Below are positions 11,032 to 19,601 of a DNA stretch of 64,000 nt, piece after piece. The notes under the pieces were generated by a model, which was given only the letters and a program-made list of their open reading frames with translations, was not told where the DNA came from and made no database searches. Made by a program: the position numbers and the translations under genes. The stretch's first letter is position 1. The number at the start of each line of letters is the position of its first letter. Origin of the DNA: Elusimicrobiota bacterium (GTDB lineage Bacteria > Elusimicrobiota > Elusimicrobia > FEN-1173); NCBI GenBank assembly GCA_016714745.1, contig JADKCG010000011.1:41690-105689 (forward strand). The letters are read 5' to 3'.

Positions 11032-12195
11032 AGGGGTTTCCTGGTTTTGTCCGGGAGAGGAAGTTCCGCCTTAAGACCGGATTTTTCAGGGACGGCGGGC
11101 AGGGAGCGACGGTAACTATTCAGGGTGCGTCGAGGGACCAGGAACCCGAATCGCGCCAGCAGTTCTTTCTGAAGCTCCAGATCGGTTTGTTGTCCCCCGT
11201 GGGAGTCCTCCCCCTCCATGTTCTGCAGAACACCCAGGCAGAGGTGTTTGCGCGAACAAAACATATCTTCCAACAAGACCTCTTCGTCCCAGGGAAGGAC
11301 AAGGCTCCTCCCCTGAATGGCCCGATTCACGGTGGAGGGCGCCACCGCCAAGCGTTTCGCCAATTGTCGTTGTGTGATCGGAGTCTTTTTTGAAATATCC
11401 TGGGTGGCCAAATAGAATCGCTGGGCGTGGCAAACGAAATCCAATAGGCGGTAAAGGGTGTTCTGTCTCCAATTGATGAACTCCAAACGCCGAACGAAAG
11501 ATTTCATGTGGCGTTGCTCCTGGGGAGTCAGTTGGTCCCCCCTTGAGCAACCCCTGAAGCCGTTCATATTGAATATCGTATCGTCCCCTCGCCAAGAGGG
11601 GAGAACTGAACTCAAAAACAGGTTCCCCCGCCCCGTCCAGACTCACCCGAGCCAACCGAACCACGTGTTGGCCCGGCGCACCGGTCCCCTTTGTCGAAGG
11701 ATCAAAAAATTCCGATTGGACGGAATAGGTCAAAAGAAAATCCCGCACCGTTTGAACCTCCGCCTCTGTTAACCCCAGGGACTGGGCCATCCCGGCGCGA
11801 TCGATTTCTTTTTCCGCACGGAGGAAGTGGGTCTCGAATTGTTCCTGTCCCATGCGCTGAATAACCGCCAGGGCCTCGCGCCCCTCCGAAATCACTTGCG
11901 CCGCCTCCGGGCGCGCCCCGCCAGAGAGGGTTTCATCGTTCAGCTCGTAAAACGAGGGAGAAAGTTTCGTTCTTGGATTGGGCTGGAAGCGAATCACTTT
12001 CCACTGGGCCTCTTTCGGATAAAGCAATTTCTCGAAAAGGGGATCGGTCTCCGCCTCTCGCACCAATTCCGCAATCTCTCGTTCCGACATTTTCAGGAGA
12101 TTGACCGTCTGGAGCCGGGCCAATAGAGTTCCATGCGCCTGTAGCGAGGCTCGGGGTTTGACCGCAAGATGGGGAGGGCGTGGCTTTTTATCCAT
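11028..12195 (-). CDS. rpoN: Short sigma-54 (RpoN)-like factor, frame interrupted once
   Basis: The N-terminus resembles region I (LQAHGTLLARLQTVNLLKMSEREIAELVREAETDPLFEKL). The C-terminal part (ORF 11028-11615) has RQNTLYRLLDFVCHAQRFYL, an HTH-like ITQRQLAKRLAVAPSTVNRAIQGRSLVLPWDEEVLLEDMF and an RpoN-box-like VPRRTLNSYRR. The frames join across the C6 run at 11537-11542. Confidence 0.6.
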
Positions 12196-12357
12196 AGCGC
12201 TTTCCTTAGTGTAAGTGCTAAAGAGAAATATTTCAAGGCTTTTTCGCGCAAGGAATAAAATTGTTCGGATATTAAAACATAAAACCCTTGACAGAAAATG
12301 GCTTATCTGTTAGATATGAGTATGTATATAGAAACTCCCCCCCTGTGGAGGTTTTTG

Positions 12358-13320
12358 ATGGCCCGCTTGTGGCGCCGATGGCGAAAAGAAGCCAATCGGC
12401 GCATGACCATAATGGTGATCCCCCATGGGGTTTCCCGTCCGCGACAAATTTCTCTCCCGTTGCCGTTCCTGGCCCTTCTTTTCGTCTCCTGGACAGCGCT
12501 CACGGCCTGGGCGGGTTTTGCCGCCTCCGACCGATTCGATTATTGGCGCGCCAAGGTCAACAGCCATTTTCTCCAGATGAAACTCGCCTACTTGAACAAT
12601 CAGGTGAACGAATCCCGCGCCATGCTCGACGAAGTGAAAAGCCTGGAAACAGAGTTACGCGCCATGCTCAGGCTTGGCAGTCGGGACGCGATCATCCAAA
12701 CAGAAACCGCGCCTTCCTCCGATTCCGCGGACCGATCATTGGGAGGGCCTTCGGTTGACGACGCGAAAGCCCTGGAACGTTTGCTGGAATCCAAGAACAC
12801 GGACATGAGTTTTGAGGAAATGGCCCACGAGATCCGGACCCTTCGCTCCGAAGCCAAAATGCGGATCGCCAGTTCCCGCCGGTTGGGTGACCAAATAACG
12901 ACGGAACGTCAAGTTTACCGAACGACGCCGAACCTGTGGCCGGTGTCGGGGTATCTCACGTCCCATTTCGGGTCCCGCCTCTCCCCCATTGATGGTTTTC
13001 GGGAATCCCACCAAGGCATGGACATCGCCGGCCCCGCCGGATCTTCCATCCGCTCCACAGCCGACGGGGTGGTGAAACTCGCGGGATGGGCGGGAGGCTA
13101 CGGGAACGTGGTGGTAATCGACCACGGGCTTGGTTATTCCACCCGCTACGGGCATAACCGACAACTTTTCGTTAAGACCGGCGACCGAGTCAAACGCGGC
13201 CAAGTGATTGCCCTCATGGGCCAAACGGGAAGAGCCACGGGCCCCCATTGTCATTATGAAGTGTGGTATAATGGCCGCGCTATGAACCCCGCGCGATTCC
13301 TCAAAAAGCACGCCTCCTGA
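12358..13320 (+). CDS. M23-family metalloendopeptidase (peptidoglycan hydrolase)
   Basis: HQGMDIAGPAGSSIRSTADGVV...GNVVVIDHGLGYSTRYGHN...GQTGRATGPHCHYEVW. I prefer ATG 12358 (GGAGG at 12347-12351, upstream TTGACA 12288-12293) over the ORF-track start at 12298. Confidence 0.85.
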   Translation: MARLWRRWRKEANRRMTIMVIPHGVSRPRQISLPLPFLALLFVSWTALTAWAGFAASDRFDYWRAKVNSHFLQMKLAYLNNQVNESRAMLDEVKSLETELRAMLRLGSRDAIIQTETAPSSDSADRSLGGPSVDDAKALERLLESKNTDMSFEEMAHEIRTLRSEAKMRIASSRRLGDQITTERQVYRTTPNLWPVSGYLTSHFGSRLSPIDGFRESHQGMDIAGPAGSSIRSTADGVVKLAGWAGGYGNVVVIDHGLGYSTRYGHNRQLFVKTGDRVKRGQVIALMGQTGRATGPHCHYEVWYNGRAMNPARFLKKHAS

Positions 13321-13724
13321 TGTTTGGCAAAAAAGACATCGACACCACCCACATGGAAACCATCATTGGTCCGGACACGCGTTTTATGGGAAACATCCGG
13401 TCCAAGGGGTTCGTCCGCATTGACGGCGCCGTGGAAGGCGGCGTTTCGGCGGAAGGGGTGATCTTGGGCGAAAAAGGGAGCATCAGCGGAGACATCCTCG
13501 CGAAAGTGGTTTTTATTTCCGGAAAAGTCACGGGAAACGTCACGGCCGCGCATTCTCTTGAACTTCAACCCAAAGGCCAGATCCGGGGAGATCTCAAGAC
13601 CGCGCAACTCTCCATTGCTGACGGCGCCCTCTTCGAAGGCCATTGCCTGATGACCGCCGAAAAAATCGGCGAGGTGGCATGGGATGAAGGTCTTCAACAA
13701 AATCCCGCCGCTTCCCCCTCTTGA
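13320..13724 (+). CDS. Bactofilin
   Basis: 134 aa with repetitive beta-helix motifs (GNIRSKGFVRIDGAVEGGVSAEGVILGEKGSISGDILAKVVFISGKVTGNV...). The start overlaps the M23 stop (TGATG). Confidence 0.85.
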   Translation: MFGKKDIDTTHMETIIGPDTRFMGNIRSKGFVRIDGAVEGGVSAEGVILGEKGSISGDILAKVVFISGKVTGNVTAAHSLELQPKGQIRGDLKTAQLSIADGALFEGHCLMTAEKIGEVAWDEGLQQNPAASPS

Positions 13725-13733
13725 GCCCCCACA

Positions 13734-14489
13734 ATGAATTGGTTTCATAAGAATAGAAAAAAGATCTTTTTGTTTGTGATCGCGATTTTCGTGATCGGCT
13801 CTTTTGCGGGGTTCGGAAGCTATTTTTTAACCCAATCCCCCTTTGACGCCGCCATTCAGGTCAACGGCCGGAAAATCCCTTACAAACAATTTGAAAGCCT
13901 CTATCAACGGGTCATTGAAGAACAGCGGCAGAGATCTCCCGACCCCTTGACCGATCCTCAACGGGAATATATCAAACGCCAGGTGGTCCAGTCCCTCGTT
14001 CAAGAAGAAGTCTTTTTGATGGAAGCGGAAAAATTGGGCATCCATGCGACGGATGCGGAATTGGCTCAGGTGATCCAGAGCATTCCGGTTTTTCAACGGG
14101 AGGGCCGTTTTGATGTTCGGACCTACCAAGAAATACTGGGACGGCTCCGTCTGCGGGTGGAAGATTTTGAAGCGGAACAGCGGCGCCAACTGAAGGTCCA
14201 GAAAGCTCAGTTCGTGATGGCGTCGGGCGTCAAACTTTCCTCTCTCGAGATTCCCGCCAAAGTCCAAGCGGCCTTGGCCCAAGCCAAAGAAGAGGACCGG
14301 AAAAAGATGCTGGAGAACATGGACGGATTCCGCGAAAACCTTCGTCGGCAAGAAGTCCAGGCGTGTCTCCAAGAATGGTACGGCGACATCAACACCAGGC
14401 TGAAAGTTAAAGTGCTCTTGAATAAGTTGGAACCCGGCCCCAAGCCCTCCACACCCGCCGTTCCCACCCCCACTGCCCCCCTCAATTAG
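13734..14489 (+). CDS. SurA-N/PpiD-like membrane-anchored chaperone-domain protein (no PPIase motif seen)
   Basis: An N-terminal TM helix is followed by AIQVNGRKIPYKQFESLYQ...VQEEVFLMEAEKLGIHATDAELAQVIQSIPVFQ. Confidence 0.55.
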   Translation: MNWFHKNRKKIFLFVIAIFVIGSFAGFGSYFLTQSPFDAAIQVNGRKIPYKQFESLYQRVIEEQRQRSPDPLTDPQREYIKRQVVQSLVQEEVFLMEAEKLGIHATDAELAQVIQSIPVFQREGRFDVRTYQEILGRLRLRVEDFEAEQRRQLKVQKAQFVMASGVKLSSLEIPAKVQAALAQAKEEDRKKMLENMDGFRENLRRQEVQACLQEWYGDINTRLKVKVLLNKLEPGPKPSTPAVPTPTAPLN

Positions 14490-14595
14490 CCGGGATTCCC
14501 CGGTTGGCGAGGGGCTACCGTCGACAGGGTCCGCAACAGAATTTTCCAGCCCTCCCGGACGGAAATGCTCAGTCAACTTAAATTTTCAGGTGAGG
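14490..14595 (-). repeat. About 105-nt imperfect-palindrome intergenic repeat, copy 1
   Basis: The reverse complement aligns almost base for base with 15343-15451 and 30467-30574 (..cctgaaaatttaagttgactgagcatttccgtccgggagggctggaaaattctgttgcggaccctgtcgacggtagcccc..ccaaccggggaatcccgg). Confidence 0.9.
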
Positions 14596-14641
14596 TTCTG
14601 CTCGCCCCCTCCCCCCAGGGAAGGAGCGACGATCAATATTG

Positions 14642-15265
14642 TCATCGAATACTTTTACGCTTTCTGATGGAAGAAAAGGAATATCCCGCCTTTATCGCTT
14701 TTGTCATCAATTCCCGCACCCCCCGACGAGGAAGTCCCACCACGTTATCGAAATCTCCGATGTGTTCTGTCACAAAGGGATTGCCTTTGGCCTGGGCGGC
14801 GTAGGCGCCGGCTTTGTCGTGGTTTTTCCCGGACAAACGGGCGAGGGTTTCAGCTGAGAATGCGCGCATTTTGACACGCGTTCGGTAAACCCCCGTCCAT
14901 ACCCGGTTGCCGGGACGTACCGTGAAGGCCAACCCAGTGTAAACCACGTGCCATTTCCCAGTCAATTCGGAAAGAATCCGATGGGCATCCGCTCGATTCA
15001 CAGGTTTGCCGTAGATTTTTCCCCGTCGAACAACGGCGGTGTCGGCCCCCAACACCCCCCCACACTTTACCCGCCGTGCCACAGCCAGGGCCTTTCGCCG
15101 CGCCAACCCTATGACATAACGCCGAACATCCGCCCCCCGCCGCGGAGCGGGTTCGGGCACGCCGCTTTCAATGACCCGAAACCGAGGGACAACCCCCCGT
15201 AACAAGATCTTTCGCCGGGGCGACCCCGACGCTAAAATAAAAGGCAACGCGACGGTGCGATCCAT
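14642..15265 (-). CDS. maf: Maf-like nucleoside triphosphate pyrophosphatase (septum formation protein)
   Basis: From ATG 15263-15265: MDRTVALPFILASGSPRRKILL...GADTAVV..GKIYGKP...AGAYAAQ. The upstream part of the 290-aa ORF runs through the repeat and was discarded. Confidence 0.85.
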   Translation of the reverse strand: MDRTVALPFILASGSPRRKILLRGVVPRFRVIESGVPEPAPRRGADVRRYVIGLARRKALAVARRVKCGGVLGADTAVVRRGKIYGKPVNRADAHRILSELTGKWHVVYTGLAFTVRPGNRVWTGVYRTRVKMRAFSAETLARLSGKNHDKAGAYAAQAKGNPFVTEHIGDFDNVVGLPRRGVRELMTKAIKAGYSFSSIRKRKSIR

Positions 15266-15342
15266 GTTCCCGTGGCCCACCTCCACTATTGAATGACCGT
15301 CAAGCGCTTCGTGGCGCGAACTTTCTCTCCCGCCTTTTCGGC

Positions 15343-15451
15343 TTAACCTGAAATTTTCAGCGGACTGAGCATTTCCTTCCGGGAGGGTTGGAAAATTCTG
15401 TTTCGGACCCTGCCGACGGTAGTCCTGTGCCAACCGGGGAATCCCGGTTAA
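15343..15451 (+). repeat. About 105-nt imperfect-palindrome intergenic repeat, copy 2
   Basis: ttaacctgaaattttcagcggactgagcatttccttccgggagggttggaaaattctgtttcggaccctgccgacggtagtcctgtgccaaccggggaatcccggttaa. The termini are TTAACC / GGTTAA. Confidence 0.9.
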
Positions 15452-15717
15452 ATGGTCCACATAGAGCTTCCGGACGGCAGGCCTCCGGTGTTCCAACGAA
15501 GTTCGTGACCCCATTTTCCCTCCGACGTTCGAACGGGGGATGGCGCGTCGGGCTCAAAAACGACGTCGCCGGCCAACCCCAGGGCCCGCGACGTTTTAAA
15601 ACGGACGATCACTTCGTTGAGCACACGGGCTGATTCTCCAGACAAAGGACTCTTCCGATCCCCCCCGGCAAAGGCGGGAAACGAAATAAAAACAGAAGCC
15701 GCCACCCCCAAACTCAT
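15448..15717 (-). CDS. Hypothetical small secreted protein (weak call)
   Basis: 89-aa ORF starting 5 nt after the cutA stop, with a signal-peptide-like MSLGVAASVFISFPAFA. Its 3' end runs into the repeat. Confidence 0.25.
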   Translation of the reverse strand: MSLGVAASVFISFPAFAGGDRKSPLSGESARVLNEVIVRFKTSRALGLAGDVVFEPDAPSPVRTSEGKWGHELRWNTGGLPSGSSMWTI

Positions 15718-15721
15718 TTTT

Positions 15722-16060
15722 TTATGGGGATCCTCTCACTGGTTTGACAGAATTCGAAAGCCAGGACAAATAGGAAGCGTTCCCCCCTCGGACAGGCAGG
15801 GCAACGATCTCCGGAACAGTATAGGGGTGGAGGATTTTGACACGCCGCATTAAAGCGGGGAGACGAGCCCGGGTGGTTTTGGCGAGAAGCAGATGTTCCA
15901 CTGATTTTTCCAATTTCCCCTGCCACCGGTAAAGAGAGCGCACTCCCACGATGTTCACGCAAGCGGCCAACCGTTCGGCCACCAATGACGCCGCCAACCG
16001 ACGGGACACCCTCGCGTTCGGAGCCGTCATCAAAACAACGACGACGGCGGTCCGCGTCAT
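15722..16060 (-). CDS. cutA: Divalent-cation tolerance protein CutA
   Basis: 112 aa with LAACVNIVGVRSLYRWQGKLEKSVEHLLLAKT...HPYTVPEIVALPV. The start overlaps the upstream stop (ATGA). Confidence 0.85.
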   Translation of the reverse strand: MTRTAVVVVLMTAPNARVSRRLAASLVAERLAACVNIVGVRSLYRWQGKLEKSVEHLLLAKTTRARLPALMRRVKILHPYTVPEIVALPVRGGNASYLSWLSNSVKPVRGSP

Positions 16061-17929
16061 GACAATCGCAAGCCCCCGCGCTCGAGACGAAACAGGATGG
16101 CCACGCAGGCGGGATCAAACTGTTTGCCGGCACACCCCTCGATTTCTTTCAGGGCCACATCGGTCGGAAGGGCTTTTCGCCCCATCGCCCCCGAGACCAA
16201 CCCGTCAAACGCGTCCATCACAGCGATCACGCGAGACCCGATCGGTATTTTTTCTCCTGATAATTTGTCCGGACTCCCCTGGCCGTCCCAGCGTTCGTGG
16301 ATGTGGCGCACGATCCGCGCCGGCCCCGCCAGGGCGGCAACGCCAGCCAACGCCTCGGAACTCAGACGGGGAACGCTGTAGAGGAGATCCCGATCTTTGG
16401 GCAAAAGCTCTCCCTGTTTGAACAACACCTCCGCGGGCAAGACGACTTTCCCCACATTAAACAGCAGTGTCGCCCATTCCGCTTCCCGCTGTTCCGTGGG
16501 TGACCAGGCCAACGTCTCCCCGGCGGCCCCCACCCGACGGAGAAGGCGTTCGGCCCTCCCCCCCGGAGAGGAACCTCGAGTTTCAATCAAGTCGGCCACG
16601 GCCGCCAACGCCCCCCGAGCGACGTCGCGCAGATTTTGATGAATGAGCACCTTCTCCACCGCCGCCGCCCCCAACAGAGACAGACCGGCAAAAGCCGCCG
16701 CGTCGTCGGAAGAAAACGGCCGCCCGTCTTTGCGGTTGATGGCCTCGATCACCCCCACCAACCGTCCGTGGGAGGACAAGGGCCCCGCGAGGATGGAGCG
16801 TGACAGAATCCCCGGCACCTCATCGATGGATTTGGAAAAACGATCTTCCCGCGTCACATCCTCGACTTGGACCAGTTCCATGCGGTCCGCGGCAGACCCA
16901 GCCAGCCCTTCGCCTTTCTTGAACGAAACAGGAACCGCGTCTCCCGGGACCGCGTTCGCGGTTGAAAATCCGAGGGTGAAACATTCCGTTCGTTCGTCCC
17001 AAAGAAAAATTTGCAGGGCCTGGGCCTCCACAAGCCGTGTGGCCAGTTCGGCAACGTTTTTCATCACTGTCGCTAGAGAGAGAGTGAAGGCGAAGGGTTC
17101 CACCGAATGGAGAAGCCGCATCATTTGTTGGGACGGAGTTGTCGCTTCCACTTGCGCTTTGGCCTGTTCCAACTCCTCGGAAAGAGTTTGGACCCGCTGG
17201 GCGCTTTGGTCCCTGGCCTGCATGGCCGTTTCAAGCAGGGCTTTCATTTCGTGCAACTGGGCGTGCGCGTCCCGCGCGGCCCGGCGTGATTCCAACAGTT
17301 CTTCGGGAGAGGGCCCTGGAGAAGGAGGCGGGAGCGGTGGAGGAGGAACGGTCCCGGAGGGTCCCCGAACCCTGAACACATTTAAGAGGAGGGCGATCTG
17401 ATGGGCGAGCCCCACAGCCAGTTCCATGTCTTGCGCGGAAAAGGTCCCCCGCGGGGTCTTGTTGAACAGTTCCAGCACCCCTTCCCGGCGGCTCTCCGTC
17501 TGAACAGGGACCGCGAGAAGCGTGCGAACCTGATAGTTCACCGCGTCCGCCATTTCTTTTCGGAATGTCTGGCTTTTCGATACGTCCGGAAGGATCACCG
17601 GTTCTCGGCTCTGATACACCTGGCCGACAATGCCTTCCGTTAAGGGGACGCGGAACAGCCGGAGCGCTTTTTCTTTAGCGGTCACCTGAAGAGCCGGAAG
17701 GTTCGTCCAACGGAGGGTGACAAAATCGAAGACTCCGCCCGTCTCATCCGCCAACGCGATCGCCCCCCGCGTCGGCGCCCACCAATTCCAACACTTTTCC
17801 GAGAACCTCATAGAGGACATGTTCTTTAGGATGGGGGGAGGAAGAAAAAGAGGACAGGATATGAAACCCGGCGGTTTGGCGTTCCAGCGCTTTCACCGAA
17901 TCAAATAAAATTTCCCGAGCGCCCGGCAT
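16057..17929 (-). CDS. Multi-GAF domain / HD-GYP phosphodiesterase-type signalling protein, frame interrupted once
   Basis: C-terminal HD-GYP motifs (HIHERWDGQGSPDKLSGEKIPIGSRVIAVMDAFDGLVS). GAF-like segments lie upstream. ORF 17744-17929 supplies the N-terminus (..LELVGADAG) and joins AIALADETGG across the C6 run at 17763-17768. Confidence 0.8.
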
Positions 17930-18127
17930 TTAAACAACTCCCCGCTCTTCAGACAAAGGAGCGAACCCCATTAGGGGAGTGGACGGCAAACAGAACAGGT
18001 GAGGGCCATGGCGCCGTTATTGTAGCGAAATTTTAAATAGGAATGCAAAGAGAATTTCTTATTTCACCACAAAAAAGTGTGCGGGGGCAACGACACGAAT
18101 GCAGGCCTTATCAAAACCGCATTGGGG

Positions 18128-18643
18128 TTAACCCTTGAGAGCTTGTTTGTGACGACGGGCGTAGACTTGATATTGACGGGCGTTTTTTCGAAGATGGGAT
18201 TTTTCTTTGGCGGTGAGGGGGCGGACCGTCCGGGCGGGACGCCCCAGAGCCAGGTGACCGGCCGGGACCCGCGTTCCCGGCGACACCAGGGACTTCGCGC
18301 CCACCAAAGCGCCTTTCCCGACGACAGAACGGCCTAAAAGGATAGCGCCCATGCCGATCAATGCGCCGTCGCCCACGCGACAGGAATGGAGGATCGCCCC
18401 GTGCCCCACCGTCACGTTTCGCCCCACCCATGTGGGAACACCGTGGTCCGTATGGACAACGACGTTGTCTTGAATATTGGATCCATCCCCCACCACGATT
18501 CTCTCAATGTCGCCCCGCAAAACCGCGCCCGGCCAAACGGACGTCCCCCCGCCCAGTCGAACATCGCCGATCACCTCGGCAGAAGGATGGACGAAGGCGG
18601 TCGCCGACAGGTGAGGGGCGGTCCGCCCAAGCGCGCGGATCAC
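18128..18643 (-). CDS. Gamma-class carbonic anhydrase-like / hexapeptide-repeat (LbH) protein
   Basis: FVHPSAEVIGDVRLGGGTSVWPGAVLRGDIERIVVGDGSNIQDNVVVH...VGHGAILHSCRVGDGALIGMGAILL. A GTG start at 18641-18643 overlaps the argF stop (GTGA). Confidence 0.8.
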   Translation of the reverse strand: MIRALGRTAPHLSATAFVHPSAEVIGDVRLGGGTSVWPGAVLRGDIERIVVGDGSNIQDNVVVHTDHGVPTWVGRNVTVGHGAILHSCRVGDGALIGMGAILLGRSVVGKGALVGAKSLVSPGTRVPAGHLALGRPARTVRPLTAKEKSHLRKNARQYQVYARRHKQALKG

Positions 18644-19587
18644 GATTTTTTCGCCCGTCCTCCCAAGAATTTTTGGAGCACCGCTTTTTGAACATGCAAG
18701 CGGTTTTCCGCCTGCTGAAACACAACGGAGCGGGGTCCTTCCAGCACCACCGCCGTGATCTCTTCGTCCCGGTGCGCCGGCAAACAGTGGAGGACCACGG
18801 ATTTGGGATGGGCACACTCCATCAACGATTCGTTGACCTGATACCGCTGGAAAATCTCCCGGCGTTTCTCGGCCTCCTCCTCTTGGCCCATCGACGTCCA
18901 GACATCGGTATACACTACATGCGCGCCCGTGACCGCCTCCCGCGGATCCTCCACGACTTTAACCCGCGCACCGGACCTCGTTGCGAGGACCACGGCTTGG
19001 CGTTGAAACTCTTTGGCGGGCTCATACCCGCGGGGGCAAGCGGCCGTAAAGCGAAGCCCTAAAAGCGCGGCCGCGAGCAACCAGGACTGAGCCATATTAT
19101 TGCCGTCGCCGACGTAGGCGATGTGAAGTTTCTTAAGACCCGCCGTGTTCTTCAACTGAAACGCCTCCATCACGGTGAGAAGGTCCGCCAGAACCTGGCA
19201 GGGATGCTCTTTATCCGTCAAGCCGTTGATCACGGGGACGTCCGCATAACGGGCCAAAATTTCCGCGTCTTCATGCCGGTGGGCGCGGATCATGATGCCG
19301 GCCAAGTAACGGGACAGGGTTCTGGCCGTATCCGCCAAGGTTTCTCCCCGTTTCAACTGAAGTTGTTGCTCGCTTAAGGTGAGCGCCAGCCCGCCCAACT
19401 CATACATGGCGACAGCAAAGGACACGGCTGTGCGGGTGGAAGGTTTTTGAAAAATCATGCCGAGGCTCTTGCCCGCCAGCGAACGGGAAGGCGCGCGGCG
19501 CGATTTAAGACGGGCGGCGATCGCCAAAATTTGAGCAATATCGGCGGCGGAAAGATCCGCCATGGAAAGAAAGTCTTTTGGGTTCAT
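18640..19587 (-). CDS. argF: Ornithine carbamoyltransferase
   Basis: From ATG 19585-19587: MNPKDFLSMADLS...FQKPSTRTAVSF...HPCQVLADLLT...HCLPAHRDEEIT. Confidence 0.88.
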   Translation of the reverse strand: MNPKDFLSMADLSAADIAQILAIAARLKSRRAPSRSLAGKSLGMIFQKPSTRTAVSFAVAMYELGGLALTLSEQQLQLKRGETLADTARTLSRYLAGIMIRAHRHEDAEILARYADVPVINGLTDKEHPCQVLADLLTVMEAFQLKNTAGLKKLHIAYVGDGNNMAQSWLLAAALLGLRFTAACPRGYEPAKEFQRQAVVLATRSGARVKVVEDPREAVTGAHVVYTDVWTSMGQEEEAEKRREIFQRYQVNESLMECAHPKSVVLHCLPAHRDEEITAVVLEGPRSVVFQQAENRLHVQKAVLQKFLGGRAKKS

Positions 19588-19601
19588 AAAAATTCCTTTT
19601 A

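Noticed and set aside
10591-11115. 174-aa plus-strand ORF
   Set aside because: It is antisense to the repaired pilin gene and the end of the rpoN-like gene, with shadow-frame composition.
15421-15440. TGGCAC on the reverse strand of the 105-nt repeat (GGTTGGCACAGGGATACC) as a sigma-54 promoter
   Set aside because: There is no TTGC/-12 element at the required spacing. The motif recurs only because the repeat recurs.
15388-15633. Small ORFs reading through the 105-nt repeats (peptides such as ..SPVPTGESRL.. or ..GTGIPSTGxGTEFSNPPGRKCSV.., also at 30102-30584 and 39991-40227)
   Set aside because: The similar peptides simply reflect the repeated DNA being read in either orientation. The copies are intergenic, lack RBS/start context, and the ORFs extend into unrelated flanks.
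16643-17401. 252-aa plus-strand ORF, and other ORFs antisense to the GAF/HD-GYP gene
   Set aside because: The opposite strand encodes a continuous protein with clear HD-GYP motifs. The plus-strand translation is Ser/Arg/Ala-rich and low-complexity.
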